A program made the translations under genes and the position numbers. A DNA stretch of 64,000 nucleotides from Balanoglossus misakiensis (taxonomy: Eukaryota; Animalia; Hemichordata). Where the stretch lies: assembly GCA_040954595.2 (NCBI GenBank), contig CM082578.2, positions 339,740-403,739 on the forward strand, read 5' to 3'. Below are positions 23,256 through 35,839 of this stretch, in pieces (position 1 is the first letter of the stretch; each line of letters starts with the position of its first letter). Below the pieces are notes generated by a model. It was not told where the DNA came from. It made no database searches and saw only the letters and a program-made list of their open reading frames with translations.

Positions 23256-26200
23256 GTCACAGCGGGTCAACACTCGACATTTGTTCCGGTAGGACTGCAT
23301 TATTGCCTGTCAATTTATAGAGAAAGCCCAAATTTAACCAGGGCGTTTCAAACACCGACGTTAGTTGGGGGCACGGCCTGCAGTACTGCCGGGTAAGCTG
23401 ACATCAGCGTACCGCATATAATGTAGGGGGGGGAACAGAACGGTTAAATACTACATTTATCAGATATCAGCTAATTTTGGACAATCATCTAAAATGTAAA
23501 TCATCTTTTCATATTTGGATATCTGATGATGTATGACATTTCCATTATATGTAAAAATGGTGCTGATTATAAAAATGCACTCTGAATGAGCTGATTTAAT
23601 GCAAAATTGCGTTTTATTCGTTTTTGCACCAAAAAGGTCATTTTTAGGCAAAACATTCTTTATTTTTTTAAATCGGTGACCTGATCATATATAAACAATT
23701 GCTTGTATGTTAAAAGTTTTTATGACTTTTAAAAGCAGTGACACTGGCGGCATTCAACACGAAAATAACAATTTTAGCCACAATTTGGTCAAAATGGTAA
23801 ATTTTTGAAAATTACAAAAAATACCTGTTTTCTACATTTTCGGAAATCTGATGGAGTATAGAATGCTCTTCGTATGTATATATCGATACAAATTCCACAA
23901 AAGACCGTCTAATTTGGCTCACTGCAGACAAAATTGCGTTTTACAAAATTTTCCTTGAAAATGTCATTTTTAGAAAAAAAAAATAAAAAAACCTTTTATC
24001 TTCGAATTTGGTGCCCTGATCATATATGACATGTTGATTGTATGTTAAAACTTTCCAAAAATGCAGAGATATTGACGGAATTCAAGAAAAAATAGCCATT
24101 TTGGCCATATTTTGACAAAAATGGTAAATTTTTAAAAAATCATAAAAAATTAACTCTTTTCTTCATTTTCGGAAATATTATGGAGCATGAAGTGTCGTTC
24201 TCTTGTAAAAAGTGCTGCAAATTCCAGAAAAGGCGGTATAATTTAAATCACCCAAGACAAAATTACCATTTTCGACTTTTTTTCGAAAAATTGTCTTTTT
24301 TACAAAATAAATAAGAATTAATTCTTTTCTTAGTTTCAAACGGGTAGAGATACTTTCCACACGGGTTTTCTAACATTGAATTCCCGTTCATCAACTCAGA
24401 TTGCCTACAGCATAAGTCGGCTAAAACCCTGAGACTTTAGAGCAGAAACAGTTGCACACTGGTAACGTTGAACAAGTCGATTTTTCTACGGCCTGGCTCG
24501 GCTAAATCTCCGTCACAATATGACAGACACTATCGTACGTTAGCAACGGTGATCAAGTCAGATTTTCAACGGCATGGGTTGGATAAAGCCCCGGCACTCT
24601 AGAGCAGAAACACGCGTACAGAGACCACGTTGATCAAGTCTGATCTCCTACGGCTTGGCTCGACTAAAACCCCGGCACACTATGACAGACACTAGCGTTC
24701 GTTAGCAACGTTGATCAAGTCAGATTTCCTACGGCATGGCTTTGCTAAAGCCCTGACACTCTAGAGCAGAAACACGCGTACAGAGACCACGTTGATCTAC
24801 TCACATTTCCTTCGGCCTGGCACGGCTGATGCCCCGGCACTATATATAGGACACAGACTGGCGTAAGTTAACAACGGTAATCACGTCGGGTTTCCTACGG
24901 CCTGGCTCAGCTGAAGCCCCGGCACTCTAGAGCAGAAACAGGCGTACATTGACCACGTTGATCAAGTCAGATTTCCTACGGCGTGACTCGGCTGGTGCAC
25001 CGGCTCTATATGACACAGACTGGCGTAAGTTATCAACGGTGATTACGTCGGATTTCCTACGGCCTGGTTTAGCTGAAGCCCCGGCACTTTAGAGCGGAAA
25101 CACGCGTACATTGACCACGATGATCAAGTCAGATCTCCTACGGCCTGGCTCGACTAAAACCCCGGCACACCATGACAGACATTAGCGTTCGTTAGCAACG
25201 GTGATCAAGTCGGATTTCCTTCGGCCTGGCTCTGTAAAAGACCCGACACTCTAGTACAAAGACGTTGGCTAAGTCGGGCAAACCGAACAGGGAAAGTCAC
25301 AGCGGGTCAACACTCGACATTTGTTCCGGTAGGACTGCATTATTGCCTGTCAATTTATAGAGAAAGCCCGAATTTAACCAGGGCGTTTCAAACACCGACG
25401 TTAGTTGGGGGCACGGCCTGCAGTACTGCCGGGTAAGCTGACATCAGCGTACCGCATATAATGTAGGGGGGGGGGACAGAACGGTTAAATACTACATTTA
25501 TCAGATATCAGCTAATTTTGGACAATCATCTAAAATGTAAATCATCTTTTCATATTTGGATATCTGATGATGTATGACATTTCCATTATATGTAAAAATG
25601 GTGCTGATTATAAAAATGCACTCTAAATGAGCTGATTTAATGCAAAATTGCGTTTTATTCGTTTTTGCACCAAAAAGGTCATTTTTAGGCAAAACATTCT
25701 TTATTTTTTTAATTCGGTGACCTGATCATATATAAACAATTGCTTGTATGTTAAAAGTTTTTATGACTTTTAAAAGCAGTGACACTGGCGGCATTCAACA
25801 CGAAAATAACAATTTTAGCCACAATTTGGTCAAAATGGTAAATTTTTGAAAATTACAAAAAATACCTGTTTTCTACATTTTCGGAAATCTGATGGAGTAT
25901 AGAATGCTCTTCGTACGTATATATCGATACAAATTCCACAAAAGACCGTCTAATTTGGCTCACTGCAGACAAAATTGCGTTTTACAAAATTTTCCTTGAA
26001 AATGTCATTTTTAGAAAAAAAAAATAAAAAAACCTTTTATCTTCGAATTTGGTGCCCTGATCATATATGACATGTTGATTGTATGTTAAAACTTTCGACC
26101 ACTCCAAAAATGCAGAGATATTGACGGAATTCAAGAAAAAATAGCCATTTTGGCCATATTTTGACAAAAATGGTAAATTTTTAAAAAATCATAAAAAATT

Positions 26201-29200
26201 AACTCTTTTCTTCATTTTCGGAAATATTATGGAGCATGAAGTGTCGTTCTCTTGTAAAAAGTGCTGCAAATTCCAGAAAAGGCGGTATAATTTGAATCAC
26301 CCAAGACAAAATTACCATTTTCGACTTTTTTTCGAAAAATTGTCTTTTTTACAAAATAAATAAGAATTAATTCTTTTCTTAGTTTCAAACGGGTAGAGAT
26401 ACTTTCCACACGGGTTTTCTAACATTGAATTCCCGTTCATCAACTCAGATTTCCTACAGCATAAGTCGGCTAAAACCCTGAGACTTTAGAGCAGAAACAG
26501 TTGCACACTGGTAACGTTGAACAAGTCGATTTTTCTACGGCCTGGCTCGGCTAAATCTCCGTCACAATATGACAGACACTATCGTACGTTAGCAACGGTG
26601 ATCAAGTCAGATTTTCAACGGCATGGGTTGGATAAAGCCCCGGCACTCTAGAGCAGAAACACGCGTACAGAGACCACGTTGATCAAGTCTGATCTCCTAC
26701 GGCTTGGCTCGACTAAAACCCCGGCACACTATGGCAGACACTAGCGTTCGTTAGCAACGTTGATCAAGTCAGATTTCCTACGGCATGGCTTTGCTAAAGC
26801 CCTGACACTCTAGAGCAGAAACACGCGTACAGAGACCACGTTGATCTACTCACATTTCCTTCGGCCTGGCACGGCTGATGCCCCGGCACTATATATAGGA
26901 CACAGACTGGCGTAAGTTAACAACGGTAATCACGTCGGGTTTCCTACGGCCTGGCCCAGCTGAAGCCCCGGCACTCTAGAGCAGAAACAGGCGTACATTG
27001 ACCACGTTGATCAAGTCAGATTTCCTACGGCGTGACTCGGCTGGTGCACCGGCTCTATATGACACAGACTGGCGTAAGTTATCAACGGTGATTACGTCGG
27101 ATTTCCTACGGCCTGGTTTAGCTGAAACCCCGGCACTTTAGAGCGGAAACACGCGTACATTGACCACGATGATCAAGTCAGATCTCCTACGGCCTGGCTC
27201 GACTAAAACCCCGGCACACCATGACAGACACTAGCGTTCGTTAGCAACGGTGATCAAGTCGGATTTCCTTCGGCCTGGCTCTGCAAAAGACCCGACACTC
27301 TAGTACAAAGACGTTGGCTAAGTCGGGCAAACCGAACAGGGAAAGTCACAGCGGGTCAACACTCGACATTTGTTCCGGTAGGACTGCATTATTGCCTGTC
27401 AATTTATAGAGAAAGCCCGAATTTAACCAGGGCGTTTCAAACACGGACGTTAGTTGGGGGCACGGCCTGCAGTACTGCCGGGTAAGCTGACATCAGCGTA
27501 CCGCATATAATGTAGGGGGGGGGAACAGAACGGTTAAATACTACATTTATCAGATATCAGCTAATTTTGGACAATCATCTAAAATGTAAATCATCTTTTC
27601 ATATTTGGATATCTGATGATGTATGAAATTTCCAATATATGTAAAAATGGTGCTGATTATAAAAAATGCACTCTGAATGAGCTGATTTAATACAAAATTG
27701 CGTTTTATTCGTTTTTGCACCAAAAAGGTCATTTTCAGGCAAAACATTCTTTATTTTTTTAATTCGGTGACCTGATCATATATAAGCAATTGCTTGCATG
27801 TTAAAAGTTTTTATGACTTTTAAAAGCAGTGACACTGGCGGCATTCAACACGAAAATAACAATTTTAACCACAATTTGGTCAAAATGGTAAATTTTTGAA
27901 AATTACAAAAAATACCTGTTTTCTACATTTTCGGAAATCTGATGGAGTATAGAATGCTCTTCGTATATATATATCGATACAAATTCCACAAAAGACCGTC
28001 TAATTTGGCTCACTGCAGACAAAATTGCGTTTTACCAAATTTTCCTTGAAAATGTCATTTTTAGAAAAATAAAATAAAAAAACCTTCGTTCTTCGAATTT
28101 GGTGCCCTGATCATATATGATATGTTGATTGTATGTTAAAACTTTCGACCACTCCAAAAATGCAGAGATATTGACGGAATTCAAGAAAAAATAGCCATTT
28201 TGGCCATATTTTGACAAAATGGTACATTTTTAAAAAATCATAAAAAATAAACTCTTTTCTTCATTTTCGGAAATATTATGGAGCATGAAGTGTCGTTCTC
28301 TTGTAAAAAGTGCTGCAAATTCCAGAAAATGTGGTATAATTTGAATCACCCAAGACAAAATTACCATTTTCGACTTGTTTTCGAAAAATTGTCTTTTTTA
28401 CAAAATAAATAAGAATAAATTCTTTTCTTAGTTTCAAACGGGTAGAGATACTTTCCACACGGGTTTTCTAACATTGAATTCCCGTTTATCAACTCAGATT
28501 TCCTACAGCATAAGTCGGCTAAAACCCTGACACTCTAGAGCAGAAACAGTTGCACACTGATAACGTTGAACAAGTCGATTTTTCTACGGCCTGGCACGGC
28601 TAAATCTCGTCACAATATGACAGACACTAGCGTACGTTAGCAACGGTGATCAAGTCAGATTTTCAACGGCATGGGTTGGATAAAGCCCCGGCACTCTAGA
28701 GCAGAAACACGCGTACAGAGACCACGTTGATCAAGTCTGATCTCCTACGGCTTGGCTCGACTAAAACCCCGGCACACTATGACAGACACTAGCGTTCGTT
28801 AGCAACGTTGATCAAGTCAGATTTCCTACGGCATGGCTCAGCTGAAGCCCCGGCACTCTAGAGCAGAAACAGGCGTACATTGACCACGTTGATCAAGTCA
28901 GATTTCCTACGGCGTGACTCGGCTGGTGCACCGGCTCTATATGACACAGACTGGCGTAAGTTATCAACGGTGATTACGTCGGATTTCCTACGGCCTGGTT
29001 TAGCTGAAGCCCCGGCACTTTAGAGCGGAAACACGCGTACATTGACCACGATGATCAAGTCAGATCTCCTACGGCCTGGCTCGACTAAAACCCCGGCACA
29101 CCATGACAGACACTAGCGTTCGTTAGCAACGGTGATCAAGTCGGATTTCCTTCGGCCTGGCTCTGCAAAAGACCCGACACTCTAGTACAAAGACGTTGGC

Positions 29201-29777
29201 TAAGTCGGGCAAACCGAACAGGGAAAGTCACAGCGGGTCAACACTCGACATTTGTTCCGGTAGGACTGCTTTATTGCCTGTCAATTTATAGAGAAAGCCC
29301 GAATTTAACCAGGGCGTTTCAAACACCGACGTTAGTTGGGGGCACGGCCTGCAGTACTGCCGGGTAAGCTGACATCAGCGTACCGCATATAATGTAGGGG
29401 GGGGGGGAACAGAACGGTTAAATACTACATTTATCAGATATCAGCTAATTTTGGACAATCATCTAAAATGTAAATCATCTTTTCATATTTGGATATCTGA
29501 TGATGTATGAAATTTCCAATATATGTAAAAATGGTGCTGATTATAAAAAATGCACTCTGAATGAGCTGATTTAATACAAAATTGCGTTTTATTCGTTTTT
29601 GCACCAAAAAGGTCATTTTTAGGCAAAACATTCTTTATTTTTTTAATTCGGTGACCTGATCATATATAAGCAATTGCTTGCATGTTAAAAGTTTTTATGA
29701 CTTTTAAAAGCAGTGACACTGGCGGCATTCAACACGAAAATAACAATTTTAACCACAATTTGGTCAAAATGGTAAAT
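23256..29777 (+). repeat. Composite macrosatellite, ~3.3 units
   Basis: Periods of ~2041, ~2049 and ~1884 bp; the last unit lacks two 81-bp monomers. Confidence 0.97.
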
Positions 29778-29816
29778 TGCAATATATTCGACTCTGCGGG
29801 AATACGCACACTGCAC
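29778..29816 (+). repeat. Left (partial) terminal/subterminal inverted repeat
   Basis: TGCAATATATTCGACTCTGCGGGA, followed by ATACGCACACTGCAC, a further partial motif copy. Confidence 0.8.
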
Positions 29817-29848
29817 AAGATGTGGGAGGACCCTTGGCTTTGATTACA

Positions 29849-30080
29849 TTTGAATTTCGAGGAGTTCGATCGTGTTTTGACAACGTCCGACGACATTCGG
29901 GCGAATGATCGGGCGATCAACCACCCACGATCGACATTTTCTACTTTCATGTTGCATTTCGAGGAGGTCGATCGTGTTTTTGACGATGTCCGACGACATT
30001 CGGGCGTTGAAAATAATAAATGATCGGGCGATCAACCACCCACAATCGACATTTTCTACTGTCCTGATGTTGCATTCGTA
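29849..30080 (+). repeat. ~102-118-bp tandem repeat, ~2.1 copies, CpG-rich
   Basis: tttcgaggag.tcgatcgtgttttga..gtccgacgacattcgggcg..tgatcgggcgatcaaccaccca..atcgacattttctact occurs twice. Confidence 0.85.
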
Positions 30081-30808
30081 AGTGGTAAACCCAATGACCA
30101 ACAGAGCAAGGTCCGTTCCCTGCGTGTCGGATCACATCCCATCGCGCAACAATTTCGCTGGAGACTGTCGCTGCACTCACGCCATATGCACATCTTTGCG
30201 TTCTAATTCGAGCGGGAAGTGAGTTATCCCGTCTATGCTTGTTCCGGAAAACCCGTGTTATGACGTCAAGGTCATTCATTGATACAAGATCGCACTGTTG
30301 ACGTGCGACGCGTTTGCAAATCAAAATCCACGCAAACGATTTTCCGGGCAGGACTATGACATGTTCACAGGATGAATGCACTGCAAAAAACGTGATGTCT
30401 GCAGAGCATGTATGTGCCATCACCCATATGACAGGCTGCAGCTTCATGAACACGAGCTAGAAACAAAGGCCATGCGTATGTACGTGTGCACGTTCCGTGT
30501 CTTCTCCTTGCTATATGCATTCGCGTTCCGAAAACACACGGTAAAACTCATCAAAATGTGTTGTTATTTTATATGCGATGTCTGTACAGTGTGCACGCAA
30601 TTTTCGCCTTTTATGTGCCAAATAAACTATTGAAACTTCTGCTCTTGTCTTGGTATTTTTCTTCTTCTTGGCATCGCTATTAAACCTCTCTTGTACATAT
30701 ACGTTCAATTTTAGAGATAACGTGTAGGCCCCCTCAAAGAAAGCCGGTTGCCCCCTCAAAGAAAGCCGGTGTTGCTAGTTTGGCATTTGTTGCTAGTATT
30801 CTGAATAT

Positions 30809-31649
30809 CTCCCCTGTGACAGCACAAGTCCACGAGCACCTGTGGTCCGAGGTCTGGGACCGTCGATTTTAAGTGTGTTAAAAGTAATGCAAACTTAACC
30901 TCAAAACTGAATATTTTCCCTATACTTGAACATGCATAATTACAATAGAATAAATTAAAATAAAAGACTAAATGAAATCAGATCTTTAAACCAAATAGTG
31001 TTTTGAATAGAGCAATTACTACTCTATATCATATATAAAAGACAAAACAAATACATTAAAAAAAAATTTCCAAGTGTCCAAAAAAATTATTCTTTTGTTT
31101 TTATACATGTTAAGTCTATGGGCATTATTTCAGTCTATTTTGCAACAACATTTGGAATACTTAATGGCGTCCAATCTCAAAAGTGTAAACTTTTTTATAT
31201 TCTAGAACATCTCATGATGGTTTCTGGAAAGTTTCATCTTTGAAATGCTTAAAATAAAAAAATTCGAGGTCAAAGGTCAAAGGATAATGAAATCCGACAT
31301 AGGTAAACCAACAACTATAAGCAATGGCGAAGTTGACCTTGACCTTCGAATTTCAAAATTTTTTCACCACACCACATTAAAACAACTTATTATCAATCTA
31401 TCCTGTAATTTTCAGTGGTTTCCAACTATATTAAGGGGGTGACACCGCGTACCCTAAAAAGTATGTTTTTTTCAATAGGTTTTTCCGCAATAACTTTTCA
31501 AGGTCAAGTTCAAAGTTGGTCAAATTTTAGTATGTTATAAAACTCGCCGAGACCTTTCTGAAAATATATAGTTTGTTATGGTTTATGTAAAATTTAAAAG
31601 TACCTACCAAGAAATCCGTCCATGCACAATTTGGACTTGCCGTCTGGAG
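30809..31649. mobile_element. Possible non-autonomous MITE-like insertion
   Basis: Imperfect inverted ends (CTCC..GACAGCACAAGTCCA / TGGACTTGCCGTCTGGAG). AT-rich interior with GGTCAAAGGTCA / TGACCTTGACC motifs. Confidence 0.35.
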
Positions 31650-34119
31650 CAACTTGCATATACCCACCAAGGCATTTTTTTGGCCTTTCTAAAAATGTTT
31701 TTTTTTAAAGGCTGGGGTTAGACAGGGGACCAAAATCAATAACAACAACCTAAAAGATAACAAAATAAATCCAAACAATTTTTTCTAACCCTCTTTTTTT
31801 GGCCAAACAAGACATAAGTTGGGCATTGGGGGACTCGACCTTAAAAAACATGGAAGGGTTGACTTGTTTTTGTTGATATTTTTTGTTGTTGTTGTTTACA
31901 TGTTTACCTACATTGTATCAAAAGGAGGGGTAAAAAAAACATTGGCAAGGCAGTAGGGTTAGAGCCCGAAATCTCAGGTCCCCTAATGCCCGTTGGACCC
32001 TAATTAGGGTTAGGGTTAGGGTTAGGGGGTTTAAGATCACATACTGGTACATGTGTATGTTTTGTGAGTTGTGTGATGTATTTTGTAGTACAAGGGATGT
32101 CAATACATCCATACAGGAGTGCCTATATGAGCGCAAGTCTCTTTTCAGGATTTCTCTGTAACACTTCAAATTTTTGACATTATCGGTGTCATCCTTTCAC
32201 AAAAATTAATGACCCTCCCCTTGACAAGTGCCCAAAACGTAGCGGCCCTCCCCCAAACCGTTGCATGAGAAATGGTGACCCTCCCCCCAATCGCACCGGC
32301 CCTCCCCCCTTGTTAATTCTGACCAGGCCCTTACCGCGCGGCCGATGCCTCCCCTAAGTTGGCAGTAGTTTCGACTAGAATTTCCACTGCAAACCAAAAC
32401 ATGGTTCATGCACGCAAACTTATGTAAGAGTAAAAGCTCGGGTCATCAGTAACATGTGTCTGAAATATTGCATTTTCTTGTGTGAAAGTTTTGCCATCCA
32501 ACGTGCATGTAAGGCTGTGCATGAATGTACATTGTACTGCACTGTAAACTTGGACATTGCATTACCGCAAGGATTTAATTTCATTCCACCAACAAATCAG
32601 GGCCATGGGCAGATATTCACCCATTTAGGCCGAAACCATCACTTTTAGCTTTCAATAGTTAACATGACTTTAGTTGGGGTCTTAATCGGCAACGGGGCTG
32701 AAATCGGCAGCTTTACCTGCCGATCTTATCCCTTAGAAGCCATGGTTTGTTTGTCAAGGCATGCGCGGGGACGTATTCGGCATGGTGCCGAATTCGGCAC
32801 AACACCGGGACTAAAATAAAATGTTTGCTGATAAAAATGTTAATGGTGTTGCATCATTTTGTCGTTCATCCTGGAGTGACTGTGATCCTGTCAATCATAT
32901 TGCGACAATTATTTTTTTCAAGGTTGTACCAATAAAAACCTAACATATCCAATAGTGTTTGTCGTTTATTTATTATCTTATTTGGGGTGCCCCCGATGCC
33001 TACACATGTACATACTTCGTACTGTATTACGTTCGCTTCTGCTTTTAATCTCGTTTGAAATGCCGTTTTCTTCGTGTATACGTTTGCATTTGTGCCTAAT
33101 CTTGAAATGTTTTTGGGCTCACGTGATAAAACCGCGATTATTTGACCCTTTTTGTGAGATTTTTATTATGTGTTGTATTCTTTGGGTTCATTTTGTTTTA
33201 CTGATAAGGGTTTTCCTTCATGTCTACGTGATGCTAAGATGCTCTATGTGAATCGGTCTGGGCGGGGTTCATCGGTACGCTCATTTTGCGCAAGGCAATC
33301 TGCGCCACTCAACTAATATTTCTCTATGATCGGGTTGACATGTAGGATGAGTCGGTAGAAGGGAAAATAAACTTATAAGACCGTTTCATTTTATAAGCAG
33401 TCTCATTTAGAATGATGACCCATCGGATGCAATACTTATGCTAAAAGTATACCTACTGGCACAGAAATTTAAGTTCAACTAAGACTTCATCGTCACATTC
33501 GACCGAGTTAAAACATAAATAATCACTGTGGACAAATACTGTGGAAGTTATATCTCACGGTGGTATTTCCTCCCGAGTAGAATGGTTAAAAGCACTAATA
33601 GCTCGATAATCGGAGTGAGAATAACGAACAACATTTACACCTGTTTTCAGTTATTGCCTTGTTCGTTTTATCACAGACAATTTGACTACTAGTATTTTTC
33701 TGTGGTTTTATTCCATGAGAGTAGCGTGTTGACTGAAGAACTTGTGGAGATCATTATTGCCTACATTTGTGAACTCTGTTATAGCGCTCAACAGAAACAA
33801 ATTTTAAAACCTTGTTGACTGACATCTTAGTTGACAACCTTTTGCTTTCCCAAGTTGTAGGCCTACTCCATATATGATATTCATTTTGCAGTTTTTTCTC
33901 GAACAACTTCCTACCGATAAGGTCGTCACCCGGTGACCAGCACACAGACTTGTACACCGTAACGCCATTCAAGGCCGTGATGTCGGGCGAGACTTAAAGT
34001 TATCAGAAATTGATTAAGTTCGTGGTTACAACAACTCACACATATTCATAATTATAGGCCAATGTACCGAAATATCGTACGTTCGTTCAGTGCAGCACTC
34101 AAATGATATAGTTTTATAA

Positions 34120-34370
34120 TAGGTCTGGTATGTTAGTCTTGCCAGTTCGCGTTCTTATTGCCGAAAGTTGGGTCATTTAGCTCGCTATCATCAACGGTGT
34201 AGTATGGTAATGTGGTGATAGGACGGCGATGTAATAAGGGGTCAAAGGTGGAAGATCCTCGGAATCTGACGAAAGATGGGTGAGGGACGATCGTTTAGGG
34301 TAGCCTCGATTTCGTTGAGGACCGTCTGTAGCTCATCAACAGACACGAAGCGTCGACCTAGAACTTTTCT
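34120..34370 (-). pseudogene. Degenerate BEL/Pao integrase fragment (third family), not in the ORF track
   Basis: Manual translation gives KVLGRRFVSVDELQTVLNEIEATLNDRP, then after frameshifts THLSSDSEDLPPLTP..LLHRRPITTLPYYTVDDSELNDPTF. This is collinear with the integrase at 9940-10866. Confidence 0.8.
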
Positions 34371-34401
34371 GTGAGATATTTTAGTGGGGAGCGCGTTTTG
34401 G

Positions 34402-34408
34402 TATAAAA
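34402..34408 (+). promoter_or_regulatory. Candidate TATA box for the NRF1-like gene
   Basis: TATAAAA 150 bp upstream of the ATG at 34552. Confidence 0.35.
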
Positions 34409-34551
34409 CACCATTCTACGCGGCAATTTGCATACAATTAGTGTTAAACACACCTGTTCTCGCACGTTTAGTACAGGGTAAAGGTCACTTGTCCGTCGGA
34501 CAAAAGACTTTTATTTTTCACTTGTCCGGGCTGTCCGATCTTCTCTATGTC

Positions 34552-35808
34552 ATGATGCAGTTCCCAAAGAAGTACCAAAGGCAACAGTGGCAGTCACTGA
34601 CTGCACACTTTGACAAATTTCACACGAAAACACAGATTGAAGCTGCAGTTGTTGCAACGTTTTTCGATCCCGTCACCAAGAAACGGATTTTTGTCATCCA
34701 TGGCACCCAGCCACTTGCCAGAACCCTTGAAGCAAACGTTTCAACATTTCTGACTGTACCAGCGCATCCTAGTGATGATAATGATCAACAACCCCCAGAA
34801 AGCGTACTGCCAGATCTAAGAAACCACCATAAGAAGAAGCTCTCTTCGTTCACTTACTATGATGTAAGAGAACTTTTACCAACATTGGTAAAATGCACCA
34901 CAAATCGTGCCCAACCTTTGTGGGACAGACCAGACATGAAGCCAGTATGGTGGCCAGCCGAAACACCGTACTGCAACCCCAGTCGGCCCGGTAAAGTGGT
35001 TGCTTCAACGTCTTCGTGGGTCACGCGCATGAAAGACGTTGCTAAGTCATGTTACCAGTATTATGGACAGGTCGAGTTGACAGGTACGTACCATTTAAAC
35101 GGTTATTTAATTAGAATGGTGAAAGTTTGCTAGACATTACTCCTGAGAATGTATAGATTCAGCAATAAACAAAATCATCCGTTTTACACGAGCTATACAT
35201 TCTTTTGAGATGAAGGCCTTGAAAACGAACATCGACTGACAAAGTTTAATTAACCACAGTACCGAAAATGACGTTTTTTTGTTAAAAGTGGTTTTTAATT
35301 TTGTTCAGCTGGTCTCTTGGTAAGTACTTCTCTGCAAAACAGTGAGAATATTTTGGCTTACTAAACTTGTTCTCACTTTTTCACAGGCGATGATGAAGAC
35401 AGTAGGCCTACTGATTGTCCGACTGGTGAGGGTGCAGCGGTTACCCGAGACCCACAACTTGAAAGCGATATTGCCCAATTTTTCTCAGGCAATAATGAAG
35501 TCAGTAGGCCAACTGATTGTCCGACTGGTGAGGGTGCAACCCAATATCCACAACCTGAAAACGATATTGCTGGGCATTCTATTATAGGTAAGCGTGTCTT
35601 TTATTGCAACTATAATGTAGATCGTGAAGAGTCATAGTCTACAAGGTAAATGTTTTTAGCCTTGACTGTAAAAAAGAAAATGTAAAAATCATACACCAGG
35701 GTCCAGTACATACATTTTTGTTCTATTCGCATCATACAGTAAAATTATTCGTGCAGATTCAAATTCGAAGTAAATTCCTCGATATCATCACTTGTTGCGC
35801 TTTTCTTG

Positions 35809-35839
<31 letters not shown>

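Noticed and set aside
29729-33972. Short ORFs in the left part of the putative element
   Set aside because: No recognisable motifs or consistent splice model; the region comprises tandem repeats and MITE-like fragments.
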